From assembly GCA_016839515.1 (NCBI GenBank), contig JAEOUE010000211.1, positions 1 to 17,040 of the forward strand: 17,040 bases of DNA. The letters run 5' to 3'. Positions within the stretch are counted from its first letter, which is position 1. Every line of letters begins with the position of its first letter. The DNA is from Candidatus Hodarchaeum mangrovi (lineage in GTDB: Archaea > Asgardarchaeota > Heimdallarchaeia > Hodarchaeales > Hodarchaeaceae). The notes under the pieces were generated by a model, which searched no databases, was not told the DNA's origin, and was given only the letters and a program-made list of their open reading frames with translations. The translations under genes were made by a program, and so were the position numbers. This document shows positions 1 through 8,747 of this stretch, in pieces.

Positions 1-1
1 A

Positions 2-274
2 ATTAGTTGTATCATAGCAATGTCATTCGCTCGGATATACTATCGTAATGCAATTAATCAAGCATTACCACTTATAATTTCTCCGGATTGCTCAAAATAT
101 ATCCGAGATAACGCTTCAAACCTTGCTAAAGAAATGATTTCAGTAGATATGAACGAAGGTAAAATTAAAATTAAAGATCAAGTTTTTTCATTCCCGAAAC
201 TCGATCATCAAGCTTTAAAAATTTTTAAAGCTGGAGGTTTAGTGAATTACACAAAAGAACGACTTAAAGAATAA
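2..274 (+). CDS. 3-isopropylmalate dehydratase / homoaconitase small subunit (LeuD/HacB family), 5'-truncated by the window edge
   Basis: Frame is open from base 2 (ISCIIAMSFARIYYRNAINQALP), matching the aconitase swivel-domain motif (A)xSFARIFYRNAIN. It ends with the typical IFKAGGLVNY. The ATG at 20 is internal. LeuD and HacB cannot be separated from this fragment. Confidence 0.9.
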   Translation: MSCIIAMSFARIYYRNAINQALPLIISPDCSKYIRDNASNLAKEMISVDMNEGKIKIKDQVFSFPKLDHQALKIFKAGGLVNYTKERLKE

Positions 275-284
275 TTAAAAGCCT

Positions 285-1925
285 TTATAGTTCAAAATCA
301 TATTTTGGTAACTTTAGATAAAATGTTGATCCTTCATTTAGTTTACTTTCCACCCATACATCCCCACCACAAGTTTCTACGATTTTCTTAACATTAGCTA
401 GGCCTATACCACTCCCTGTTATGTGTTCGGTTCTTGGATCTGAAATTCTTGTGAAAAGTCTGAATAATTTGGAGAAATCTTCTTCACGAATTCCAATTCC
501 ATTGTCAGCAACAAATAATGTGATATATTTCTCATTTTCTTCCTCTATACCAATTCTAATCTCTTTCTCGGGTTTCTCTGGATCCATAAATTTGATTGCA
601 TTATCAATTAAATTTTGAAAAACGAGAAGTAGTTGCTTTCTTACAGCATAGACTTTAGGAAGATTATCTTGAATATCTAATTTAATGTTATCTGCCTTTA
701 AACGTGGTGTAAAGGTCTTTAGAACCTCTTCTATTATTTCTATTAAAGGATAATAGCTTTTTGATTCTACAATTCTTCCTATACGAGAGTATTCAAGAAT
801 TTCCTCGATAATCTTTTCCATCCTTGTTGTATTATGCCTTATTCGCTCAAAGAACTCATTTAATTCCTCATCCAATTCCTCTTGGATTTTAGTCCGAATT
901 AAATAAGTAAATCCAGCAATTGATAGAAGAGGGGATTTTAGATCATGTGAAATCGTGTAAACAAATTCTTCCAGTTCCGATGATTTCTGAAGTAATTTTT
1001 CGTTTATTATCTTTAATTCCAGATTTGACTGCTCAAGATCGAGTGTCCTAGTTCTTACTCTGTGTTCTAATTCTTGTCTGTAATTATGAATTTCTGTATT
1101 ATTAATAAAGGCACTAAAAACTACATCTTCATCTTCTAAACGAAAAAGATCCATATTCACTAATACTGGGATAATTTGACCATCATTTCTTTTTAGCATA
1201 TACTCCTCATTTCTGATTTTGCCAGTTTTCTGAAGCTTATCTAAAATATTCTCTCGATCGGTAGGATTGATATAAAATTCTTTCACATTAACAGTTTTGA
1301 CACTATTTGCATCTAATCCCATTATATCAAGCATTGATTTGTTATACTCTAGTAAACGACCATCATATGTTGCAATACCAATACCAATTGGTACTGAATT
1401 GAAAAGAGCCTGATATCTTTCTTCACTCGATTTTAAAGCTTTTTTTGTTGTTTTTAAATCAGTTAAATCAATTATGCTTACGATTATTCGTTTTAAGCTA
1501 TTTTCAAATCCTGGAACAATTGCTGCTCTAAACAAAATTTGCAATTCTTTACCACTTAATGTATAATTAATTGCTTCGGCTTGAAAAACTTTTTTTCCGA
1601 AATAGAAAGCTAAAATTTCGTCTTTGAAGACATCATAAGTAGCCTCTCCCGTAATTGCTCCTAAGCTCCCTTTTAATTCATTTTTGGAAGGTGCTTCGAA
1701 AAGGTCAACAGCACCTCTATTTAGATCAATAATTTTTGCCATTTTAATAACATGTTCAATCTCCTCAGGATTTTCTTGAAAATATTTTTCAAATTCTTTA
1801 CGTGTCTTTTTAACAGGTAATTTGTCAAGATATTTCTTAATCTCTGAATAATCCTCTATGAATTGGCAAATTGGCGACCCCTCAAACAATAAACGGTATT
1901 GGGCCTCAAGATCATTTGCTGACAT
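285..1925 (-). CDS. Soluble PAS-domain sensor histidine kinase (2 PAS + HisKA + HATPase_c)
   Basis: H-box ISHDLKSPL, N-box NLIDNAIKF, G1 DNGIGI, F-box LFRLF and G2 GSGIGL. Two PAS/PAC blocks and a coiled-coil linker; no TM helix. ATG at 1925 is preferred over the TTG at 1940. Confidence 0.93.
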   Translation of the reverse strand: MSANDLEAQYRLLFEGSPICQFIEDYSEIKKYLDKLPVKKTRKEFEKYFQENPEEIEHVIKMAKIIDLNRGAVDLFEAPSKNELKGSLGAITGEATYDVFKDEILAFYFGKKVFQAEAINYTLSGKELQILFRAAIVPGFENSLKRIIVSIIDLTDLKTTKKALKSSEERYQALFNSVPIGIGIATYDGRLLEYNKSMLDIMGLDANSVKTVNVKEFYINPTDRENILDKLQKTGKIRNEEYMLKRNDGQIIPVLVNMDLFRLEDEDVVFSAFINNTEIHNYRQELEHRVRTRTLDLEQSNLELKIINEKLLQKSSELEEFVYTISHDLKSPLLSIAGFTYLIRTKIQEELDEELNEFFERIRHNTTRMEKIIEEILEYSRIGRIVESKSYYPLIEIIEEVLKTFTPRLKADNIKLDIQDNLPKVYAVRKQLLLVFQNLIDNAIKFMDPEKPEKEIRIGIEEENEKYITLFVADNGIGIREEDFSKLFRLFTRISDPRTEHITGSGIGLANVKKIVETCGGDVWVESKLNEGSTFYLKLPKYDFEL

Positions 1926-2100
1926 CGAAAACCAACACAATAAATTTAAAATAGTTTAGTCTAAATTCTATAAATATTTCAGCTCCTATATACGAAATAA
2001 GATTCGAATCTAGACAATAATAATTTTATAATACCAGTGAAGTATATAATCATACTTATTTCAATAACGTATGAAATAAAATCAGAGAGAGCGAACATCT

Positions 2101-2568
2101 GTGCCAATTGACAAATCAAAATTGGATGACCTTTTAGAAGAAATTAAAAGGTTAGAAGAAGAAAAATCTGATATAATACCCAAAATATCCAATATCTCTA
2201 TACAACATCGATCTATTGTCCCAAATTCCATGAAAAAAGAATACCTTCTTCGCACTGAAAAAAAGGCTTTTTTTATTATTAGTCATTATTATAAACTAAC
2301 AATGTTCTCTCTTGAAGACCCAGGTGTGGCTTTAGAAATCTGGATAAAAGGAATTTTGCCCTATCTTCTGTTAAAAAATGGATTAGACAATGAAGAATGG
2401 GAACGACTTTGTATTATTGAAGAAGAGAACGTATCAATAGCACAAGAACTCAATGACGACTGGAAAAATTTTTTTCGTAACACTATTAAGAAAGGATTAG
2501 TTGATGAAAAAGTGTTAGAACTTATTAATGAGGGAAAAGTGAAGATTGAGCGAATAAGGAGTTCTTAA
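2101..2568 (+). CDS. Hypothetical soluble protein (155 aa)
   Basis: GTG-start ORF filling the gap between two minus-strand genes. Glu/Lys-rich, protein-like composition; no recognised motif. Confidence 0.7.
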   Translation: MPIDKSKLDDLLEEIKRLEEEKSDIIPKISNISIQHRSIVPNSMKKEYLLRTEKKAFFIISHYYKLTMFSLEDPGVALEIWIKGILPYLLLKNGLDNEEWERLCIIEEENVSIAQELNDDWKNFFRNTIKKGLVDEKVLELINEGKVKIERIRSS

Positions 2569-2589
2569 TCCCATTTTGATTCGTAGATT

Positions 2590-3834
2590 CTATTGAGTAA
2601 TATCAATTAATTCATATTCGCGAGATCCGATTCCCTGAGCAACAGCTGCGGCTAACTGAGTCTCCGTAATTATTGGTCGCGACTCAGGATCTACAAATCT
2701 ACTAAAAAGTCCTAATTTTGGTTCATCGGGTTCCATTGCATCAAAAATAGGTTCAATACGACCAGAAGGCGAATCAATTCCTGTTTCTGCAGGCGACATG
2801 GGAACTCCACGCGCTTTTGTAACTTGATCAACACATGCTTGATCAATAGCTACTGGATCAGGGGAATAAAAAATTCCTTGATCAGGGACAAGAATAGACC
2901 CTCCTGCGGACATACAATCACAATGTGAAGTGATATCTATTGCAATATTAATGAAACGAATGCGATCAGGACTTATACCTTTCATAACTCCACCAGCATT
3001 ATCCATCATGCGTTCTACTTGTTCAACATTAGGAATTCGTCTTTTAGCGGCAAATACTCTTTCTTTTTCAAGATTTTTCTCGTGATGACATTTACTAAAG
3101 CACATGGTACAAGCTATGCAATTAGTTGGATCAAAAACTATTCTATTGTTCTCATCTAATGATAGACACCCATAAGGGCATATTCGTAGACAATTTCCAC
3201 AGCCTGTACAATTTTCAGGGTGTTTAACGTAAATATTTCGTCCACCACCCCAATGAGCTCCTCCTTTCCCTTCATTGCCAACACAACCTATTCCAAGCTG
3301 TTTTAATGCTCCTCCGAATCCTGCACCATCGTGGCCTTTAAATCGTGATACAATTATCACCTTATCAGCTGTTCTTAATCCCATTGCCATGGCAACGTTC
3401 TTAATATACTTTCCTTTATCATTTTGAACATGAAAGACTTCAGTTCCGACAATTCCATCTCCCATAACCACTGGTGCATTCATTGTTCCTGTACTAAATC
3501 CATGACGGTTTGCTAAATTGATAAATCCAGGACCATTTGACATAGTTAATTCAGGATTTCCTGAATCCCATCCTAAACCAACTCCTTCAACAACCCATGG
3601 AATACCACCTGCTGAATGGACTAAATCGACTATTTTTCTAATATACATAGAACGAAGATGACGAGTTTGATTCCTTGACCCGAAATGAGTTTTAATTGCC
3701 ACAATTTCTCCCTTCTTAATCCATTCTACTAATTTGACATCCGTATGATTCCATAATTTTTCAAGACGATCAATTAAAGAATCTCCCATTTTTAATTCGT
3801 TTGTATTTATCATATATACTTTTGATTTAGTCAT
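2590..3834 (-). CDS. DUF362-family Fe-S protein with inserted 2x[4Fe-4S] ferredoxin domain
   Basis: VAIKTHFG, SRFKGHDGAGFGGALKQLGIGC, DITSHCDC and SPDPVAIDQAC motifs. Ferredoxin motifs CTGCGNCLRICP and CIACTMCFSKC. Start placed at MTKSKVY (3834); upstream alternatives run to 3852. Confidence 0.88.
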   Translation of the reverse strand: MTKSKVYMINTNELKMGDSLIDRLEKLWNHTDVKLVEWIKKGEIVAIKTHFGSRNQTRHLRSMYIRKIVDLVHSAGGIPWVVEGVGLGWDSGNPELTMSNGPGFINLANRHGFSTGTMNAPVVMGDGIVGTEVFHVQNDKGKYIKNVAMAMGLRTADKVIIVSRFKGHDGAGFGGALKQLGIGCVGNEGKGGAHWGGGRNIYVKHPENCTGCGNCLRICPYGCLSLDENNRIVFDPTNCIACTMCFSKCHHEKNLEKERVFAAKRRIPNVEQVERMMDNAGGVMKGISPDRIRFINIAIDITSHCDCMSAGGSILVPDQGIFYSPDPVAIDQACVDQVTKARGVPMSPAETGIDSPSGRIEPIFDAMEPDEPKLGLFSRFVDPESRPIITETQLAAAVAQGIGSREYELIDITQ

Positions 3835-3903
3835 AATAATCATCAAATCCAATAAACGTTGAATTATTTTATTTTAGATGTTAAATAAGGTAATGATGCA
3901 TTT

Positions 3904-3915
3904 CTTATAAGTTTT
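3904..3915 (-). promoter_or_regulatory. Putative archaeal BRE/TATA element of the DUF362 gene
   Basis: Minus strand reads AAAACTTATAAG about 70 nt upstream of the start. The core AACTTATAAG recurs upstream of the 14598-15473 gene. Confidence 0.35.
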
Positions 3916-4121
3916 AATTAAAATACCCCAAGATGCATCAATTACTATTGTTAATCATTGCTATAATAAAAGAAAATAAGTGTAAAGACTCATTATTCAA
4001 TTTATCAAACTTATAAACTGCTTAATTGGTTGAAAATCTTTATAGAGTAATGATTAGTCTAATAAAATTTTTTTATTATAGATAAAAGTCTATTACTTTC
4101 TTAGAATGTAAACAAGAAGGT

Positions 4122-6302
4122 TTATTGATGAGGACTGATGACATCAATAACCTCTTGGATATCGAGGTTGAGTTCTTTCACTTTTTTTATCGATGGACAT
4201 CCTTTGGTAGTCCAACCTCTACGATTATATACAGCATCTTGAAGTTTTGAATATTGTTCTTCACGAAATGATCGAAGAATCGCCATTTTTTCTTCAGTTG
4301 TCTTTCCTTCTGGATCTATTCCGACTAGATCTTTTAACTGATCATCATATCTCTCCAAACGACTTTCATACTCTTCCTTAGTAACAGGACCCATTGCACG
4401 ATATGGAAGCTTTGAATCGTGTTCTTTTAATCCTTTCCCTTGACGAATGTTAAATATCCGTTGAAAATTATATACACGTTCAGACATCTTAACAAGATCC
4501 TCAGGAGTAGAGGCAAATCCAGTAACACCACTAAAGTATTCAGCATACCATTGAACATGTTTTGGAATTTTTGCCCGAGCATTGGGAAGAGTAAGTGGTT
4601 TCTGAGGATTTTCATTATTATCAGGAGGGATAACATCATTCCAAGGTAATTTACATAAACCATTCAAACTAAACCAAGTACGCCAAAAGGGAAACCAAGC
4701 TAAGGCTTCTGCCTTATCTTCAAAAGTAGGGAGGTTATTTCGAACCATATCTTCAAAAATTAACCATGCTTCATCATGTTGAGGCCCTTTCAATGTGAAT
4801 CCATAACCTCCTTGTTGTGCTAATGATTCTTTGGTGACGTACTCACTGAATTCCAAACCTTTATGTTCCATACCAATATCTTGTAAAAACTGGGGATCAG
4901 CTCCATATTTTTGAGCAAAAGTTTTCTTCATGGAAACAATTCCTTGTCCAACAATCACACCAAAGCCCTTATTTTGTGCCATTTGATGTATTAAATTCAT
5001 TGCTGCTTCTGCATTTCCAAATTTTAATTCTAATCCACCTGTAATATTTTCATTCAGAATACCTGCCTCGTAACATTCCATAACAAAAGCAATCCCTGTA
5101 CCAACAGATATCGTGTCTAACCCATACGTATCACAATAGAAATTAACTTCTAATACCCACTTGGGATCCCAAACTCCCCAATTACTCCCACATCCTGCTA
5201 TTGTTTCATATTCTGGTCCATCAACAATAACTTTTTGGCCTTTATAGGGACCAGTTAATACTGTATGTTGTTGTACAAAATGACTACAGGAAATTTGGCA
5301 GGCAATCCAGCATCCATCTACACCTTGCCCAACATCGGTATATATATTTCGCCATATTTCCCGTGTATAGGGAAATTTCTCTCCCTTTAATGTTTTGTGG
5401 GCTCCATATCTAAAATTTTCTGTTGGTAATAGATCAAAATCGTTCATTATTTCTGGTAGGTGTGCTGTTCCAACTACTCGCATTTCATTCTGTAACGGGT
5501 CATTTTTGATAATTTCTAGATTGTGATCCTTTCCTGCTTCTTTCCCTCGTTCAATATCTGCTGGATTATTTATTGTCTGATTGACCCGTGGACTTCTACA
5601 TATAATTGCTTTTAATTTTTTGTCTTTAAATACCGTTCCGACACCTCCACGTCCTGCTTGTTTATAAGAAGCCCACTGGCGTTTTTTGTTATACCATGAA
5701 AAGTTCAATACACCCCATTTTGTGTATTTTGCAGCTTGGCCTGATGAAACCACAGAAACACGGAATTTTTCACGATCAGACTCATCTGTGGAATATTTTT
5801 TTGTTAGTTCTTGTGTTAATAGATGAGCTTGATCCGAAAATTCTTCAGCATCCTCTATGGTAATTTTTCCATCATCACTATTGATAAAAATAAGAACTTC
5901 TTTGGTAGCTTTCCCTTGAATTTCAAGTGCATCAAAACCTGAAAACTTTAGATAAGGCCCAAAATATCCACCTACATTTGAGTCAATAGGTTGATTGGTT
6001 AATGGAGAAATTGTTGTACATATCGATTTTCCAGATCCAGAATAATAGGTAGTCCCACCAAGGGGACCTGAGGCAATACAAATCTCATTTTCAGGTTCAT
6101 TCCATTTAACTGACCTTTTGGGAAGCCCATTCCACATTAGCCATAAATCGAATCCTTTTCCTCCTGTGAATAGCTTTTTCATTTCCTCTGAAACAGGTTT
6201 AATCTTAATTTCATTAGTTGATAAATTTATATATAATGTTCTGTTCTGATAACCTCTCTCAACTGGTGTCAGATTATATTTTAACTCAGCAATAATAGTC
6301 AT
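4122..6302 (-). CDS. aor: Tungsten/molybdopterin aldehyde:ferredoxin oxidoreductase family protein (726 aa)
   Basis: N-terminal GGKG, ISPLT, DSNVGGYFGPYLKFSGFDAL and QAGRGGVG motifs. Also DGPEYET, CDTYGLDTISVG, the Fe-S ligands GCWIACQISC and GLCK, and C-terminal ERVYNFQRIFN and YNRRGW. Confidence 0.93.
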   Translation of the reverse strand: MTIIAELKYNLTPVERGYQNRTLYINLSTNEIKIKPVSEEMKKLFTGGKGFDLWLMWNGLPKRSVKWNEPENEICIASGPLGGTTYYSGSGKSICTTISPLTNQPIDSNVGGYFGPYLKFSGFDALEIQGKATKEVLIFINSDDGKITIEDAEEFSDQAHLLTQELTKKYSTDESDREKFRVSVVSSGQAAKYTKWGVLNFSWYNKKRQWASYKQAGRGGVGTVFKDKKLKAIICRSPRVNQTINNPADIERGKEAGKDHNLEIIKNDPLQNEMRVVGTAHLPEIMNDFDLLPTENFRYGAHKTLKGEKFPYTREIWRNIYTDVGQGVDGCWIACQISCSHFVQQHTVLTGPYKGQKVIVDGPEYETIAGCGSNWGVWDPKWVLEVNFYCDTYGLDTISVGTGIAFVMECYEAGILNENITGGLELKFGNAEAAMNLIHQMAQNKGFGVIVGQGIVSMKKTFAQKYGADPQFLQDIGMEHKGLEFSEYVTKESLAQQGGYGFTLKGPQHDEAWLIFEDMVRNNLPTFEDKAEALAWFPFWRTWFSLNGLCKLPWNDVIPPDNNENPQKPLTLPNARAKIPKHVQWYAEYFSGVTGFASTPEDLVKMSERVYNFQRIFNIRQGKGLKEHDSKLPYRAMGPVTKEEYESRLERYDDQLKDLVGIDPEGKTTEEKMAILRSFREEQYSKLQDAVYNRRGWTTKGCPSIKKVKELNLDIQEVIDVISPHQ

Positions 6303-6309
6303 CCAATTT

Positions 6310-6314
6310 CCTCC
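6310..6314 (-). promoter_or_regulatory. Shine-Dalgarno site of aor
   Basis: GGAGG on the minus strand, 7 nt upstream of the ATG at 6302. Confidence 0.7.
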
Positions 6315-6433
6315 ATTAAAATTTGAATCTAATTTTTCGATACCCCTTCCAAAATTTAATTTATTTTCTTTTTCATTAAATCAAACAGAATTATTTTTAT
6401 TTCAAGAAAGAATTTTTTACGAGGTTACTCATT

Positions 6434-7270
6434 TTGGGTAAAAAAGAACAATATTTTCTGGAATTACGTCCTTTATACAATAAATTCATTAGTACAGGGT
6501 CATCTCAAGAACTTTCATTGTATCTTGTAAAAAATAGCGCTCTTCCAGGACGACGTGCAAATTTAGAATTAGCAAGTGCGTTTAAAGATCTTATTGCAGA
6601 ACTTTCAATCCTAAATCCTGAAAGAACTATCCATCTCCTCTTGGATTTAATATCAAATTCTTCTGAGATAGCTCCAACAAATAATCCTAAAGAATTTCTT
6701 CCTTTTTGTGGCATTTGGGCATTAGGATCAATTGGTACCTCTTGTACTCAGTATTTTTCCAAATGTGTGCAAGTTCTGCATGAATCTTGTTCAGATGTTC
6801 GATGGCGGATTCGTGAAGCTGCAGCTAAAGGGTTATCGATGCTTTATGATACGTTTCCTCTAAAAATATACCAATTATATCTTGCGTGGATCAAACCATT
6901 AAATGAATCTCAGAAATTCCTAGTTCAGAGGGCAATTGTGGCAAGTTTAGCTGAATCATCATATTTAAATCAAGAACTACAAAGTAATCAAGCGTTTGAA
7001 CTTCATAAAATAATTATCACTTCCATTTATAACTTAGATGACGACCAAAGGAAATCAGAAGAATTTAAAACATTAAAAAAAGGATTATCTTATACTCTAA
7101 GCGTTATTGTGTACTTCAATCCCGATAAAGGATGGCCTTTTATCACAGAGACGATCAAAAAATCAGATAAAGATGTGTATTGGATCCTAAAACAGAATCT
7201 AACAAAAAATCGTTTGGTTAAAAATTTCCCAAAAGAAGTCCAAAACTGTCTGGCGATGCTAAAAGAATGA
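6434..7270 (+). CDS. HEAT/ARM-repeat protein (possibly AlkD/DNA-alkylation-repair-like fold)
   Basis: NSALPGRRANLELA, SDVRWRIREAAAKGL and WILKQNLTKNRL motifs in an all-helical protein. TTG start preceded by GAGGT at 6421-6425. Confidence 0.7.
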   Translation: MGKKEQYFLELRPLYNKFISTGSSQELSLYLVKNSALPGRRANLELASAFKDLIAELSILNPERTIHLLLDLISNSSEIAPTNNPKEFLPFCGIWALGSIGTSCTQYFSKCVQVLHESCSDVRWRIREAAAKGLSMLYDTFPLKIYQLYLAWIKPLNESQKFLVQRAIVASLAESSYLNQELQSNQAFELHKIIITSIYNLDDDQRKSEEFKTLKKGLSYTLSVIVYFNPDKGWPFITETIKKSDKDVYWILKQNLTKNRLVKNFPKEVQNCLAMLKE

Positions 7271-7275
7271 AAATC

Positions 7276-7551
7276 TTATCCACCTCCGACAGGGGGGACA
7301 CAGGTAATAACATCGCCATCTTTAACTTCTGTTTTTAATCCATTCAATGCTTCAATATCTAAACCGTTTAATAAAATGTGAAAATGGCTTTTTAAATCAC
7401 CTTTATCGGTAAGAAGATGTTCTAGAACAGATTTACCAATTTGGGTCTCAAGAGATGCCAATACTTCATAAACAGTATTTCCTTTTGTGATGAATGATTT
7501 TTTTCCAGCCCATGTTTCTAATGGACCATAAAAATTGATATTAACATTCAT
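7276..7551 (-). CDS. MoaD/ThiS/SAMP ubiquitin-like sulfur carrier
   Basis: 91 aa beta-grasp pattern (ILLNG..I..L.GL.T.VKDGDVI..PPVGGG) with C-terminal Gly-Gly; lies near aor. Confidence 0.92.
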   Translation of the reverse strand: MNVNINFYGPLETWAGKKSFITKGNTVYEVLASLETQIGKSVLEHLLTDKGDLKSHFHILLNGLDIEALNGLKTEVKDGDVITCVPPVGGG

Positions 7552-7589
7552 TAAGATACCCAGAGTCTTTTTAGATAAATAGAATTAGT

Positions 7590-8726
7590 TTAATCTGTAG
7601 TAAATTTTTGTGCAATATCCTTGGCAACATCAGTTGTGCTACTGGTCCCACCCATATCATATGTCTTAATCTTTCCTTCTTTGATATTTTGTGAGATCGC
7701 CATTTCTAATTTATCAGCTAATTCTGTTTCTCCTAACCATTCCCACATTAATCCCATGGATTTTAGTGCAGCGATTGGATTTACTTTATTCTGGCCAGCA
7801 TATTTAGGAGCTGATCCATGATTGGGCTCAAAAACTCCAAAATCATTTGATGTTGAAGCTGAGGCAGCAAAGCCTAATCCACCTGTTAACATTGCTGCTT
7901 GATCAGTAATAATGTCTCCAAACATATTTGTAGAGACAATCACTGAATATTCCTCAGGTCTTTTCATTAGCCACATAGCTGTTGCATCAATATTTTCATC
8001 CCACCACTTTACTTCAGGGTACTCTTCTGCTACTTTTTTTGCTATCTCTAGAAACATTCCATCAGTTGCTCTAATAACATTAGCTTTATGGACTACAGTA
8101 ACCTTATTTCTTTTTGTAATCTCTGCATATTCGAAAGCTTTCCGAATTATCCGTTCACATCCATTTCGAGTGAAAACACGACAACTTATTCTAATATCTG
8201 AATCTTCAGCACCAGTACGGTGTTGAAATTCTTTAAATTTTGGTAATACTTTTAATTCAGGAATTAAACTATCAAATTCAATCCCCGAATACAATCCTTC
8301 TGTATTTTCTCTGAAAGTTACGATGTCAATCATCGGTATAGATCCATCTATTTTTCGGAAATTTAAAGGGTTTCCTTCATAGCTTTTTGATGGACGCATA
8401 TTTGAGTAGAGATCAAAAATTTGGCGAAGTCTTACTATTGGTGATCTGTAAATGGTCCCATATTTTCTTTCGATTCGTTGAACATCTGGATCTGTACGAG
8501 GTTTACTTGTTATCGCACCAAAGAATGCTGCATCACATTCTTTCAATCCCTCTATCGTACGTTCGGGAAGAGGTTCACCTTCCTTTTCAAATATTGTAAA
8601 TCCAATGTCTAAAGGGATTATTTCAGCATTGAAATCTGATACATCTAGAACAACCTTTGCTGCTGCCAAAACATCAACACCGATTCCATCCCCAGGCATA
8701 AATGCAATTTTATACTTTCTGGTCAT
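7590..8726 (-). CDS. Isocitrate/homoisocitrate/isopropylmalate dehydrogenase family enzyme
   Basis: PGDGIG, RLRQIFDLYSNMRP, RENTEGLY, VHKANVI, NMFGDIITD and FEPNHGSAPKYAG motifs. ATG at 8726 follows a GAGG site; alternative start at 8741. Confidence 0.93.
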   Translation of the reverse strand: MTRKYKIAFMPGDGIGVDVLAAAKVVLDVSDFNAEIIPLDIGFTIFEKEGEPLPERTIEGLKECDAAFFGAITSKPRTDPDVQRIERKYGTIYRSPIVRLRQIFDLYSNMRPSKSYEGNPLNFRKIDGSIPMIDIVTFRENTEGLYSGIEFDSLIPELKVLPKFKEFQHRTGAEDSDIRISCRVFTRNGCERIIRKAFEYAEITKRNKVTVVHKANVIRATDGMFLEIAKKVAEEYPEVKWWDENIDATAMWLMKRPEEYSVIVSTNMFGDIITDQAAMLTGGLGFAASASTSNDFGVFEPNHGSAPKYAGQNKVNPIAALKSMGLMWEWLGETELADKLEMAISQNIKEGKIKTYDMGGTSSTTDVAKDIAQKFTTD

Positions 8727-8747
8727 TAATTTCTTCCTCATGTTTAA

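Noticed and set aside
20-274. ATG at 20 as start of an 84-aa protein
   Set aside because: The frame is open to the window edge and the ATG lies inside the conserved LeuD motif, so the gene begins upstream.
421-618. 65-aa plus-strand ORF
   Set aside because: Antisense shadow of the kinase ATPase domain.
3986-4060. Imperfect stem AGACT-CATTA ... TAATG-att-AGTCT as a possible ncRNA or riboswitch
   Set aside because: Short, bulged and AT-rich; no Moco/Wco or other riboswitch consensus recognised.
4427-4663. ORFs 4427-4663 (-) and 4440-4649 (+)
   Set aside because: Alternate-frame or antisense ORFs inside aor with no motifs.
6505-6714. 69-aa minus-strand ORF
   Set aside because: Antisense to the HEAT-repeat gene.
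7621-8599. Three plus-strand ORFs (7621, 7912, 8387)
   Set aside because: Antisense shadows of the dehydrogenase.
7590-8726. Symbol leuB or icd
   Set aside because: Specificity residues are mixed, so the substrate cannot be fixed from sequence.
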